Under the pieces are notes generated by a model. It made no database searches. It was not told the origin of the DNA and saw only the letters and a list, made by a program, of their open reading frames with translations. Positions 9,453 through 19,368 of a stretch of 64,000 nucleotides of DNA are shown here, piece by piece; position 1 is the stretch's first letter; every line of letters starts with the position of its first letter. The DNA comes from an uncultured Actinomycetes bacterium (GTDB taxonomy: Bacteria; Actinomycetota; Actinomycetes; S36-B12): contig CALFHU010000097.1 of assembly GCA_937875815.1 (NCBI GenBank), positions 1,125-65,124 of the forward strand. The letters run 5' to 3'. The position numbers and the translations under genes were made by a program.

Positions 9453-10988
9453 GTGGCAAATATCGATTCGACTTTCCTGCGCTCGCGGTTCTTCGCCCCT
9501 GCTGCAGTGGTCGCTGCTGCCGCCCTTGTCATTGGAATTTCCGGGTTTATCCAAGTCGAGAAACCAAAAGCTTCAGAAGGCGCTGTCACAATTGAACCAA
9601 TTGGCTCGGCCGTGCTGCTGTGCCCGGAACCGGGCACAGGTGGTGACCTCGGTGTTCGAGTGACTGCCGCAGTTGTACCTGGGCAACCGGGCCAAGACTC
9701 TGGTCCGGGCTCGGCTGGCATAGAAACCCTCCCTGGCAAGGAATCGGCGAGTTCGCGAATAAAAGTGCCAGGGGAGCAGGGCCAAATCGAGGCATTTGGT
9801 GACCGACTTCCAGCAATCCGTGCTTACGGTGAAGGCTCGTTGGCACCGGGTCTCGTCGCTGACCAGTGGGGCCGTGATCCCAGCGGTCGAGGTCGCGGCA
9901 TGGCAAGCACTGCATGTGCACCGGCAGCATCGGAGTTTTGGTTTGTTGGCGGCGGCGCAATTGCAGGACGTAAAACCCGCGTACTTCTGGTAAATCCCGA
10001 TGACACCGCGGCGCTCGTGGACGTAATCATTCATGGCCCCGATGGAATTATTGATGCCCCGGCCGGCCGAGGCCTAGTTGTCCCTCCGCTTGATCGTGTG
10101 ACGGTGCAGCTTGATGTGCTCGCGCCAGGAGTCCCCGCGGCGGCCTTACACGTACTCGCACGCACGGGCCGGATCGGTGCCTCAGTTGATGACGAGCAAC
10201 GATCTGGCTTGCAGTCCGTTGGAACCGACTGGATTCCACAGTCAGCTTTACCGGCAATGAAGGTGTACGTACCCGGAGTAATTAATGGGTTAGGTGCACG
10301 CGTTTTGTCGATCGTTTCTACATCGGAAAACGATGCAAACGTGACCTTGCGAGTGATTTCACCTGAGGGCACATTTGAACCCGCGGAGAGCAACGCGTTT
10401 ACGGTTACCTCAGGCACGGTTGTGACGACGGATATGACGCCCGCTTTGCCGCAAACGCCCGATGGCTCTTTACCCGTGACGCTTGAGTTGACTTCGGATC
10501 AACCAATTGTAGTGGGCATGCGGCAGTTTTTTGGTGAGAGGCGAGTCCAAAATGAAACGGCATTTAGTGCTGGAGCGCAACCGATCACTGGGCCGGCAGC
10601 CGTTTCGGGATTACCGGTCCGAGATGCAACAGATGTTCGCTTGGCAATCAGCGCACCAGAAGGTGACGTGGAAGTGGATATCGTGCTACTCCCATTTCGT
10701 GGTGGAAAAAGTGTCGGTGAACCAACGGCACCTCGACGGCTAAAAGTCCCCGGGGGGCAACTGCGAAATATTAAGTTGAATCCGCCCACTGACATTGATT
10801 GGTACACCGCGATCGTTACCCCGGTGCAAGGATCGGACCCGGTCTTGCTCGCGCATCGGGTCAGGGAGAAATCGCGTTATGGTGATTTGATGACCGGTTA
10901 TCCATGGAGCCCATTACGCATCGAGGTTTCAGTCCCTAGTGCCGCGCAGAATGAAGCGGTCGCTGTGCGGCGCGCCGCCACAAGTTAG
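9453..10988 (+). CDS. DUF5719-like secreted/membrane-anchored protein, partner of the GT2 protein
   Basis: Track ORF is 9417..10988. GTG 9453 lies 1 nt after the GT2 stop. There is an N-terminal TM anchor (FFAPAAVVAAAALVIGISGF). The family call rests on position and general composition only. Confidence 0.55.
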   Translation: MANIDSTFLRSRFFAPAAVVAAAALVIGISGFIQVEKPKASEGAVTIEPIGSAVLLCPEPGTGGDLGVRVTAAVVPGQPGQDSGPGSAGIETLPGKESASSRIKVPGEQGQIEAFGDRLPAIRAYGEGSLAPGLVADQWGRDPSGRGRGMASTACAPAASEFWFVGGGAIAGRKTRVLLVNPDDTAALVDVIIHGPDGIIDAPAGRGLVVPPLDRVTVQLDVLAPGVPAAALHVLARTGRIGASVDDEQRSGLQSVGTDWIPQSALPAMKVYVPGVINGLGARVLSIVSTSENDANVTLRVISPEGTFEPAESNAFTVTSGTVVTTDMTPALPQTPDGSLPVTLELTSDQPIVVGMRQFFGERRVQNETAFSAGAQPITGPAAVSGLPVRDATDVRLAISAPEGDVEVDIVLLPFRGGKSVGEPTAPRRLKVPGGQLRNIKLNPPTDIDWYTAIVTPVQGSDPVLLAHRVREKSRYGDLMTGYPWSPLRIEVSVPSAAQNEAVAVRRAATS

Positions 10989-11006
10989 CCCTTATCTGCG
11001 ACTAAC

Positions 11007-11384
11007 GTGCCTCGAGTGAGTAGACGCCGTTGCTCCAAGCCGTCCTGTAGCGGTACTGGGGTGTCCACATTGACATATGTTTATGCCGATTCAACCGCGG
11101 TACTTGGTCCGTTAGCGACTTACGCTGAACCGCACTGCTACGACCTTTGTTTAATGCACAGTGAGCGACTTACCGCACCCCGCGGCTGGGAGATTGTTCG
11201 CATTGCCCCGGATCCTGATTCCTTAAAGCCATCTTCTGATGACCTTGAAGCCTTGGCCAATGCGGTGCGTGAAGCTGCCCGGCCCCGGTACCTTGAGCGC
11301 GAAGCTGCTGCTGCCGAGTCGGGCGATGCCGTTGAGGTCGCTCGTCGCGGTCATTTGCGGGTTCTGGCCACGCCCGAGTCCTAA
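11007..11384 (+). CDS. DUF3499 protein (Rv3258c-like)
   Basis: ..RRCSKPSCSGTGVSTLTYVYADSTAVLGPLATYAEPHCYDLCLMHSERLTAPRGWEIVRI.. matches the conserved Cys/His pattern of the family and its position upstream of manB. Confidence 0.8.
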   Translation: MPRVSRRRCSKPSCSGTGVSTLTYVYADSTAVLGPLATYAEPHCYDLCLMHSERLTAPRGWEIVRIAPDPDSLKPSSDDLEALANAVREAARPRYLEREAAAAESGDAVEVARRGHLRVLATPES

Positions 11385-11435
11385 TCGACGGGCAGTAATC
11401 TCCAGCAGCCCAGCGGTAACCGATAGGTTTATCCA

Positions 11436-13013
11436 GTGACTTCACTTAGTGAGCGCGACCTCAACGTAATTATTAAGGCGTATGACGTCCGCGGCACCTA
11501 CCCGGATCAGTTAGATGAGGACCTGGCCCACGCTGTGGGAACCGCATTTGTTGAAGTCCTCGGCGTGAGAGCATCGGAGGGGGGAGCTGGCGCAGTAGTC
11601 GTGGGCCATGACATGCGCCCATCAGGGCCTTCGTTGGTTTCCTCATTTGCCCAAGGGGTTCGAGAGGCTGGCTGCGACGTCATTGAAATTGGATTGGCCA
11701 GTACTGACGGTTTGTATTTTGCATCGGGGAGTCTGAATCTGCCAGGTGCGATGTTCACGGCAAGTCACAACCCAGCGCAATACAACGGAATCAAGTTGTG
11801 TCGGGCCGGAGCGGCTCCGGTCGGTCAAGATTCGGGCTTGCGGGAAATTAGTGAACTGATTTCCCGAGGCATAGTCAAAGCTGAGACATTCCCGCTGGGC
11901 AGCGTTTCCGCGCGCGATGTACTCCCCGAATATGCCCGCTACCTTCGCGAACTCGTGCCGGTCGAGGCTGGACGTCAGCTCACGGTGGTTGTTGATGCGG
12001 GCAACGGCATGGGTGGCTTTACCGTCCCGGCAGTGCTGGGCACCGCGGCGGGGTTGCCGGCATTGCCATTGACAATTATCCCGATGTATTTTGAGCTGGA
12101 CGGAAGTTTCCCCAACCATGAGGCCAATCCCATTGAACCGGCGAACCTTGTTGACCTGCAAAGCGCTGTGATTGAGCATAAAGCTGATCTTGGGTTGGCA
12201 TTCGATGGAGATGCCGACCGCTGCTTTGTCATTGACCACAATGGCGATGCTGTCACCCCATCCGCGATCACCGCCCTGATCGCTACGCGTGAATTAGCCC
12301 GCCATCCCGGTAGCAACGTGATCCACAACCTCATTACCTCACGAACTGTGCCGGAGGTAGTAGCCGAAAACGGCGGTATTGCTATTCGAACTCGAGTCGG
12401 ACACTCATTTATTAAGGAGACCATGGCGCACACCAATGCGGTGTTCGGGGGCGAGCATTCCGGCCATTTCTATTTTCGCGATTTCTGGCGGGCTGACTCT
12501 GGCATGCTGGCGGCCCTGCATTGCATTGCGGCATTGGGGGAGACGCAGCCCGGAATAACTTTTGCAAGCCTGATGGCCCCGTTCAATCGGTATGCAGCGA
12601 GCGGTGAAATCAATACTCGCGTCGAGAATCAAGCGGCAGTGATCGCGGCCATCACTGCGCAATACGCCGAACACGATCTCGACGAGCTTGACGGCCTTAC
12701 TGTATCTGCGGATACGTGGTGGTTTAACGTGCGAGCGAGCAACACCGAACCGCTTTTGCGCTTGAATGTCGAGGCGCGCGACACAGTACAGATGCACCGA
12801 CTGCGCGACACGGTTCTTGAGCTCATGCAAGCCCCCACTATCTCCGCCCCGTATGGCATCGCGCCGCAATTGTGGGCAGTCCTGGCCTGCCCATGCGATT
12901 CCCATGGCCCGCTTGTTGGCGCACCAGAGTCAGCTACCCCAGAGCTTGAATGCACCGTATGTAACGCCCGATTCCCGGTACGTGATGGCATCCCGGTCAT
13001 GATGCTGAAGTGA
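11436..13013 (+). CDS. manB: Phosphomannomutase/phosphoglucomutase with a C-terminal Trm112-like zinc-ribbon extension
   Basis: Alpha-D-phosphohexomutase motifs: active-site TASHNP, Mg loop FDGDADR and GEHSGH. The last ~45 aa (..LACPCDSHGPL..LECTVCNARFPVRDGIPVMML) form a Trm112p/UPF0434-type domain. Confidence 0.9.
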   Translation: MTSLSERDLNVIIKAYDVRGTYPDQLDEDLAHAVGTAFVEVLGVRASEGGAGAVVVGHDMRPSGPSLVSSFAQGVREAGCDVIEIGLASTDGLYFASGSLNLPGAMFTASHNPAQYNGIKLCRAGAAPVGQDSGLREISELISRGIVKAETFPLGSVSARDVLPEYARYLRELVPVEAGRQLTVVVDAGNGMGGFTVPAVLGTAAGLPALPLTIIPMYFELDGSFPNHEANPIEPANLVDLQSAVIEHKADLGLAFDGDADRCFVIDHNGDAVTPSAITALIATRELARHPGSNVIHNLITSRTVPEVVAENGGIAIRTRVGHSFIKETMAHTNAVFGGEHSGHFYFRDFWRADSGMLAALHCIAALGETQPGITFASLMAPFNRYAASGEINTRVENQAAVIAAITAQYAEHDLDELDGLTVSADTWWFNVRASNTEPLLRLNVEARDTVQMHRLRDTVLELMQAPTISAPYGIAPQLWAVLACPCDSHGPLVGAPESATPELECTVCNARFPVRDGIPVMMLK

Positions 13014-13035
13014 ACGACTGAATCGAACTCGGCAG

Positions 13036-14091
13036 ATGCAGATCATTAATGGTGCACTAAAGAATTATGCTTGGGGAATTCCTCGTGGGCTTGACCAGTG
13101 GATCGGAGCCACAGTCTCTGCGAGGGTGCAGCCACAGGCCGAACTGTGGTTCGGCGTGCACCCAAACGGCGCATCAACAGTCGCCGATTCGGGCGTGGCC
13201 CTCGACCGAATTCTTGGCCGCGCTGACGTTCCTATCCTTGTGAAAATCTTGGCGGCGGCCAAGCCACTTTCAGTGCAGGTGCACCCGAATAGTGCTTTGG
13301 CCCAAGAAGGCTTTAACACACTCAATAACACGGTTCAGTTTGCGGGTGCATTTGCTGATCCTTATGAAAAAATTGAATTGCTCTATGCACTTACGCCTTT
13401 TACCGCCTTTTGCGGCTGGCGTCCGGTTGAGCAAGTTCGGCAAGTTTTTGATGCCCTTGGAATCGACGGACCCGCCGAGGTGTCTAGCGAGAGCGGCGTT
13501 TCCCGTCAGGACTTATTTGTTTACTGTGTGAACCATGAAGTTGCACCCGACACCCTTGGGCGTATTCCTTCTGCGATTCGTGCGGCCGGTCTTTCGCAGT
13601 TAGAAATCAGTTCCTACGAGAGGGTAGTGTCCGATTACCCGGGTGATCAGGGCGCATTGCTCGCAGTTTTCTTACAACCAATCTCACTAGCTCCGGGGGA
13701 GAGTGTCTATATTCCATCGGGCGTCCCGCACAGCTACATCGCAGGGACCGGGATTGAGGTCATGACCTCATCTGACAATGTCCTGCGATTGGGGCTGACA
13801 CCCAAACCTGTTTATCCCGAACTGGCATTGCGCGCACTTGACTTTGATGCTTCCCGGTCCCGCTCGACGGATGCGCCATTTAGTGTTGAAGTGATCAATG
13901 CAAACTCAGATGTGGCCTCGCATCTGGAATTGCCAAGTGGTCAGTTCCGCGTAGTTTTATGCTTGGCTGGACGCACCCACGTCCTTGGCACCGAACTTTC
14001 CTGCGGTCAAGCCGCGGTGATCACGGCCACTGAGCCCGCCATTTCTATCTCCACGACCGGTAGTTACGCCATCATTCGGACAGAGTTGTGA
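13036..14091 (+). CDS. manA: Mannose-6-phosphate isomerase, class I
   Basis: ..NYAWG..; ..AELWFGVHPNG..; ..LSVQVHPN..; ..YIPSGVPHSY.. are cupin metal-ligand motifs of type I PMI. Confidence 0.85.
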   Translation: MQIINGALKNYAWGIPRGLDQWIGATVSARVQPQAELWFGVHPNGASTVADSGVALDRILGRADVPILVKILAAAKPLSVQVHPNSALAQEGFNTLNNTVQFAGAFADPYEKIELLYALTPFTAFCGWRPVEQVRQVFDALGIDGPAEVSSESGVSRQDLFVYCVNHEVAPDTLGRIPSAIRAAGLSQLEISSYERVVSDYPGDQGALLAVFLQPISLAPGESVYIPSGVPHSYIAGTGIEVMTSSDNVLRLGLTPKPVYPELALRALDFDASRSRSTDAPFSVEVINANSDVASHLELPSGQFRVVLCLAGRTHVLGTELSCGQAAVITATEPAISISTTGSYAIIRTEL

Positions 14092-14111
14092 GTTGTGAGT
14101 TGTGAGTACTG
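14084..14111. repeat. Heptamer tandem repeat (AGTTGTG x3 plus one degenerate copy) spanning the manA stop and the CDF start
   Basis: Perfect copies at 14084-14090, 14091-14097 and 14098-14104, then AGTACTG. The manA TGA is at 14089-14091 and the CDF GTG at 14102-14104. Confidence 0.95.
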
Positions 14112-15097
14112 AGGGTGGAATCAAGGCCGTGATCGCGGCGCTGATCGCAAACGCCGGAATTGCGGTCAGTAAATTTGTGGCTTTCAGTTTCACCGGTTCG
14201 TCGTCGATGCTCTCAGAGGCGATCCATAGTGTTGCTGACTCCGGTAACCAAATATTGCTGCTGATTGGTAATAAGCGCGCCAGGAAACCCGCTGACGAAA
14301 AGCATCCATTTGGCTATGGCCGAAGGCGCTACGTGTATGGATTTATTGTTGCAATCGTCCTGTTCATGGTGGGTGGGGTCTTTTCCCTTTATGAAGGGAT
14401 CCACAAATGGCAACACCCTGAACCGCTGAATGATTGGTGGATTGCAGTTGTTGTGCTGGTAATTGCAATTGGTCTTGAGAGTTATTCATTTCGTACGGCG
14501 TTGCGTGAGGCAGATAAATCGCGAGGGAACCGTTCGCTTTTTGGATTTGTAAAAGCCGCGCGACAGCCTGAACTTCCCGTAATTCTATTAGAAGACGCGG
14601 GCGCGCTGATTGGCTTGGTGCTGGCTTTGTTAGGAGTGGGTGCGGCCGTGATCACCGGCGACGGTCGGTTTGATGCCGCAGGCGCGATGAGTGTTGGCAC
14701 GCTACTTGTCGTTATTGCGATTTTTCTTGCAATTGAGATGACTGCAATGCTGGTGGGTGAAAGCGCATTGCCCGAACAGGTTGCGGCGATCAGGAAGGCG
14801 CTGGAAGACTCTGGGGGCGTTGAGCGGGTGATCCACTTGCGGACAATGCACGCGGGACCGGATGAACTCATAGTTGCGGCCAAGATCGCAGTGCACCATT
14901 CTGATACGGGCACGCAAATCGCACGAGATATTGATAAAGCCGAAAAGGCACTGCGCGCTGCAGTGCCGAGTGCGAAATATATTTTTCTTGAACCAGATCT
15001 AGACCGAGGCCGCCACACCGATCCCCAAGCCCCTGGGCTAGATATCGACGACTCCGATGCCCAGGCTGGCCCGGACTCTTCCCGGACCGGGGACTAA
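14102..15097 (+). CDS. Cation diffusion facilitator (CDF) family metal efflux transporter
   Basis: ..AVIAALIANAGIAVSKFVAF..; HSVADSGNQILLLIG; six predicted TM helices plus a C-terminal cytoplasmic domain. Confidence 0.9.
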   Translation: MSTEGGIKAVIAALIANAGIAVSKFVAFSFTGSSSMLSEAIHSVADSGNQILLLIGNKRARKPADEKHPFGYGRRRYVYGFIVAIVLFMVGGVFSLYEGIHKWQHPEPLNDWWIAVVVLVIAIGLESYSFRTALREADKSRGNRSLFGFVKAARQPELPVILLEDAGALIGLVLALLGVGAAVITGDGRFDAAGAMSVGTLLVVIAIFLAIEMTAMLVGESALPEQVAAIRKALEDSGGVERVIHLRTMHAGPDELIVAAKIAVHHSDTGTQIARDIDKAEKALRAAVPSAKYIFLEPDLDRGRHTDPQAPGLDIDDSDAQAGPDSSRTGD

Positions 15098-15322
15098 CCC
15101 GCCCCGATTGCACTAAATCACGCCGATTTCGCAATTCACACGAGGCCGGCGGGGTGTGCCAGCATGCATCAGTTCGGATCTCTGGCATACTAGGGGAACC
15201 ACGCAGCCGGAGCCCTGGAATTTGTTGTGGAAATCCAATTAATTAGTTCTTGCCATCTTTGCTGTCTGCTCGCATGCAGCGGGTGCGGGAAATATCCGGA
15301 AAAACATACATGAGGAGTTTCA

Positions 15323-16810
15323 ATGGCGAACACCACAACCGATCCAAATAAGGGAAGCCTTTTCACGGCTGATGGAGCACCAGATTTCAAGGTGGCAGAT
15401 CTGAGTCTTGCTGACTTTGGTCGAGACGAAATTCGACTGGCTGAGCACGAAATGCCAGGGCTAATGGCGATGCGCGAGCAGTTTGGTGTCACCAAGCCAC
15501 TTACAGGTGCACGGATTACCGGTTCGATCCACATGACGGTGCAGACCGCAGTGTTGGTCGAAACGCTGGTCGCGTTAGGCGCCGAAGTGCGTTGGGCTTC
15601 GTGCAACATTTTCTCCACCCAAGACCATGCGGCCGCCGCAACCGTCGTTGGCCCAACTGGCACCGTTGACAATCCCGCCGGTGTTCCGGTGTTTGCATGG
15701 AAGGGCGAGACCCTTCCCGAATACTGGTGGTGCACCGAGCAGATTCTGATGTGGCCAGACGGTAAAGGTCCGAACATGATTCTAGATGACGGCGGAGACG
15801 CCACGCTTCTTGTGCATAAGGGCAAGGAATTCGAGGCAGCGGGAGTTGTCCCGAGGCCAGATGCTGATACGTCAGAGGAATACACGGTCGTTCTCGAAAC
15901 ACTCGCGCGCACTTTGACCGAAGATTCACAGCGGTGGACGAAAATCGCAGGCGGAATTATGGGTGTCACAGAAGAAACTACGACGGGTGTTCACCGGCTG
16001 TACGAAATGCTTCGCGAGGGGTCGCTGCTGTTCCCCGCGATCAACGTCAACGATTCGGTTACCAAGAGTAAGTTTGACAACAAGTACGGTTGCCGCCACT
16101 CGTTGGTCGACGGAATCAACCGCGCAACCGACACATTGATCGGTGGCAAGGTTGCAGTTCTTGCGGGCTACGGCGACGTGGGTAAGGGCTCAGCGGACTC
16201 ACTTCGTGGCCAAGGTGCGCGCGTAATTATCACTGAAGTCGATCCAATTTGTGCGCTGCAGGCTGCCATGGACGGCTATCAGGTTGCTCGAATGGAAGAC
16301 GTAGTCGCGGAAGCAGACATCTTCATCACGGCCACCGGCTGCTACGACGTTATTACCGCCGAGCACATGTCCAAGATGAAGCATCAGGCGATCGTCGGAA
16401 ATATTGGTCACTTTGACAACGAGATTGACTTAGTGGGACTGACCAAGACTCCGGGAATCACACGAAAGACGATCAAGCCTCAGGTTGACGAATGGACTTT
16501 CGCTGATGGTCATTCGATCATCATGCTTTCCGAAGGCCGACTGTTAAACTTGGGAAATGCAACAGGTCATCCCTCTTTTGTTATGAGCACGTCATTCACC
16601 AATCAAGTGCTTGCACAGATCGAGTTGTTCACCAAGCGGGATGAATACGGACTTGGGGTTCACGTTCTGCCTAAGCACCTCGACGAAATGGTCGCTCGCT
16701 TGCACATCGATGCATTGGGAGTGCGCTTGACCGAACTATCAAAGTCGCAGGCCGAATACCTCGGCCTCGATGTTGCGGGACCGTACAAGCCAGAGCTTTA
16801 CCGCTACTAA
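15323..16810 (+). CDS. ahcY: Adenosylhomocysteinase
   Basis: Highly conserved SAHH sequence throughout (..[28 protein letters not shown]..; NAD-binding ..GYGDVGKG..; C-terminal ..[10 protein letters not shown]). SD GAGGAG. Confidence 0.97.
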   Translation: MANTTTDPNKGSLFTADGAPDFKVADLSLADFGRDEIRLAEHEMPGLMAMREQFGVTKPLTGARITGSIHMTVQTAVLVETLVALGAEVRWASCNIFSTQDHAAAATVVGPTGTVDNPAGVPVFAWKGETLPEYWWCTEQILMWPDGKGPNMILDDGGDATLLVHKGKEFEAAGVVPRPDADTSEEYTVVLETLARTLTEDSQRWTKIAGGIMGVTEETTTGVHRLYEMLREGSLLFPAINVNDSVTKSKFDNKYGCRHSLVDGINRATDTLIGGKVAVLAGYGDVGKGSADSLRGQGARVIITEVDPICALQAAMDGYQVARMEDVVAEADIFITATGCYDVITAEHMSKMKHQAIVGNIGHFDNEIDLVGLTKTPGITRKTIKPQVDEWTFADGHSIIMLSEGRLLNLGNATGHPSFVMSTSFTNQVLAQIELFTKRDEYGLGVHVLPKHLDEMVARLHIDALGVRLTELSKSQAEYLGLDVAGPYKPELYRY

Positions 16811-16852
16811 TAGCTGCGTGAAACTAGTGGCAACTTAGCCGCGTGTGTCGCG

Positions 16853-16900
16853 AGTCGGGGTGGGTGTTCCTCAGGGGACACCCACCCCGACTTTATTTGT
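16853..16900 (+). terminator. Rho-independent terminator after ahcY
   Basis: A 15-nt perfect inverted repeat, AGTCGGGGTGGGTGT (16853-16867) and ACACCCACCCCGACT (16878-16892), followed by TTTATTTGT. Confidence 0.8.
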
Positions 16901-16947
16901 GCTGGCGCGGGCTTGTGGGCAAAAGGTCGGGGTGACAGCATAGGATC

Positions 16948-17664
16948 ATGGTCATGACAAATCCGGGCGCGCGCGTCGATGGCGGACCCCGTGGCCGAGT
17001 TTTGGTGGTTGATGACGACCTCGCACTGGCCGAGATGCTCGGCATCGTGCTTCGCGGGGAGGGTTTCGAGCCGGTTTTTTGTTCCGATGGCTCCGAGGCC
17101 TTGGAGGTATTTCGAAAGAGTCGACCGGACATCGTCTTACTGGATCTGATGTTGCCTGGCAAAGATGGGGTTGACGTGTGTCGATTAATTCGCGCTGAGT
17201 CGGGCACTCCCATCGTGATGTTAACGGCGAAAAGTGACACAGTTGACGTGGTGGTGGGGTTGGAGGCCGGTGCCGACGACTACATCGTCAAACCATTTAA
17301 GCCAAAGGAATTAGTGGCACGAGTGCGCGCGCGAATGCGTCGAAGTGAAGATTCTGCCCCGGCAGAACTGCACATCGCAGACTTGATAATTGATGTTGCA
17401 GGACATTCCGTTCGCCGAGGTGAGCTAAACCTGTCGTTAACCCCACTTGAGTTCGATCTGTTGTTGTGCTTGGCACGCAAGCCGGGTCAAGTGTTCACGC
17501 GCGAGGCGCTCCTCGAAGAGGTGTGGGGATATCGTCATTCAGCTGACACGAGACTCGTCAACGTTCATGTGCAGCGGTTGCGCGCCAAGATTGAGCACGA
17601 TCCTGAACGGCCAGACATCGTCTTGACTGTTCGCGGTGTAGGTTACAAAGCTGGCCCACTTTAG
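16948..17664 (+). CDS. mtrA: Response regulator MtrA (OmpR family)
   Basis: Receiver domain (..VLVVDDD..; ..DIVLLDLMLPG..; ..LTAK..) plus a winged-helix output domain. Followed by mtrB and lpqB. Confidence 0.95.
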   Translation: MVMTNPGARVDGGPRGRVLVVDDDLALAEMLGIVLRGEGFEPVFCSDGSEALEVFRKSRPDIVLLDLMLPGKDGVDVCRLIRAESGTPIVMLTAKSDTVDVVVGLEAGADDYIVKPFKPKELVARVRARMRRSEDSAPAELHIADLIIDVAGHSVRRGELNLSLTPLEFDLLLCLARKPGQVFTREALLEEVWGYRHSADTRLVNVHVQRLRAKIEHDPERPDIVLTVRGVGYKAGPL

Positions 17665-17679
17665 GGTGATTTCACCATT

Positions 17680-19368
17680 GTGAAAATTCTTCGTTTCATA
17701 TCGACTCCTTTTCGCACGGGCAGGCATGTGTGGCGACGCTCGCTGCTCTTCCGGGTAACCACTTCGACGTTACTGCTCAGTACGCTAGTCGTGACAGTTC
17801 TCGGGTTTTCTCTATTGTCTCGCGTCACAACGGGGCTTTTAGAGTCAAAAGACCGCTCGGCGATTAGTGAGGCCTCTTCTGGTTTGGGAGAGGCCCAACG
17901 GTTACTCGATGCCGCTAATACGGGCCCAGCGACACCTTCAGCCTCGCGCTTGGTGGACAGCGTTATTGCAACATTGGGTGCCCGTTCCGGTTCGCCATCG
18001 GCATTTGATGTCTTGTTGCTTTCATCTGATGCCAATACGGATGCACCTGAGCGTGGGACCAATTTAGTCGCGGTGTCGAGTATCCCCGAGGGATTGCGCG
18101 AGTCGATTCAGCAGACGAAACGTCAATCATGGACATATGCGTCAATTGTTTTTCTGGATGGAAGATCGACACCAGGACTGATCGTTGGCGCGCCTTTGTC
18201 GGTGCCTACGGTAGGCCCCTACGAACTGTATTACCTTTTTAATCTTGATCAGGAGCAGGAAACCCTTGATTTGGTTTCCGGTGCTGTGGTCGGGACGGGA
18301 ATTATTTTGGTTATTTTGGTTGCGGTAGTGACGCTGCTCGTCACGCGCCAGGTAGTGGTACCGGTGCGTGAAGCGGCACGAATCGCTAGGCGCTTTTCAT
18401 CAGGGAAATTGAATGAGCGCATGCAAGTGAAGAAGGAAGACGACTTGGCGCAACTTGCTACATCATTTAATGAAATGGCCCAAAACTTGGCCATGCAGAT
18501 TCGTCAGCTAGAGGAGCTCTCACTTTTACAACAAAGATTCGTTTCTGATGTTTCCCACGAGTTACGGACACCGTTAACCACAATCCGCATGGCCGCAGAC
18601 GTCATGTATGAAGATCGCGGCTCATTTGACATGTCAACTGCCCGGTCTGTTGAGTTATTACAGGAGCAGCTTGATCGCTTCGAGTCGTTATTGGTTGACC
18701 TTTTGGAGATCTCGCGATTTGACGCAGGGGCGGCGGTTCTTGAAACTGATCGCACGAATTTGGTTCCCATGATTGAACGAATTATCCACGCGACTGGGCC
18801 GCTTGCGCAGCGCAACGACGTGAAGGTGCGGTTCGCAACGTATGAGCGCCCGGCCTATGTGGAGTGCGACCCGCGGCGGATTGATCGAGTTATCCGCAAT
18901 TTGGTGGACAATGGAATTGAACATGCTAACGGAACCGACGTAGTGATTGAACTTGCTGGCGACCCGGGTGCCGTGGCGGTTACCGTGCGTGATTTCGGAG
19001 TGGGTTTAATGCCAGGTGAGGCGAGCTTGGCCTTTAGTCGGTTTTGGAGGGCCGACAAAGCGCGAGCACGCACGACCGGAGGTACGGGGCTAGGTCTTGC
19101 CATTGCCTTGGAGGATGCGCGGCTGCACGGTGGCTGGCTTGAGGCGGTCGGCGAGCCCGGGCAGGGCTCTTGTTTCCGACTGACCCTGCCGAGGATCGCC
19201 GGTGCGAGTTTCACCACATCCCCCTTGCCTCTGGATGAGGGCTTTAGCCGTGCTGGTGAGCCCGGAGTGACCGAGCAATTTAAGGATCAACCCCCGACGG
19301 AAACTGGCCTGGGCACTAGGGCCAGGGACCCACTAGACATGGCTCCCTGGCGAAGGGGTGGACCATGA
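17680..19368 (+). CDS. mtrB: Sensor histidine kinase MtrB
   Basis: Two TM helices, a HAMP domain, an H-box SHELRTPL, and N/G boxes (..NLVDNGIEHA..; ..GGTGLGLAIA..). Confidence 0.93.
   Translation: MKILRFISTPFRTGRHVWRRSLLFRVTTSTLLLSTLVVTVLGFSLLSRVTTGLLESKDRSAISEASSGLGEAQRLLDAANTGPATPSASRLVDSVIATLGARSGSPSAFDVLLLSSDANTDAPERGTNLVAVSSIPEGLRESIQQTKRQSWTYASIVFLDGRSTPGLIVGAPLSVPTVGPYELYYLFNLDQEQETLDLVSGAVVGTGIILVILVAVVTLLVTRQVVVPVREAARIARRFSSGKLNERMQVKKEDDLAQLATSFNEMAQNLAMQIRQLEELSLLQQRFVSDVSHELRTPLTTIRMAADVMYEDRGSFDMSTARSVELLQEQLDRFESLLVDLLEISRFDAGAAVLETDRTNLVPMIERIIHATGPLAQRNDVKVRFATYERPAYVECDPRRIDRVIRNLVDNGIEHANGTDVVIELAGDPGAVAVTVRDFGVGLMPGEASLAFSRFWRADKARARTTGGTGLGLAIALEDARLHGGWLEAVGEPGQGSCFRLTLPRIAGASFTTSPLPLDEGFSRAGEPGVTEQFKDQPPTETGLGTRARDPLDMAPWRRGGP

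Noticed and set aside
15098-15322. Possible SAH or SAM-IV riboswitch in the 225-bp leader of ahcY
   Set aside because: I looked for the conserved SAH-riboswitch strings (GAGGAGCG..., CAGGCTCGG, AACGGCGCTC) and the SAM-IV core strings and found none. Only generic hairpins are present. A cmscan would be needed to be certain.
15190-15969. 259-aa ORF antisense to ahcY
   Set aside because: The ahcY assignment on the plus strand is unambiguous. The antisense product is Ser/Pro/Ala/Arg-rich and low-complexity, which is typical of shadow ORFs in GC-biased coding DNA.
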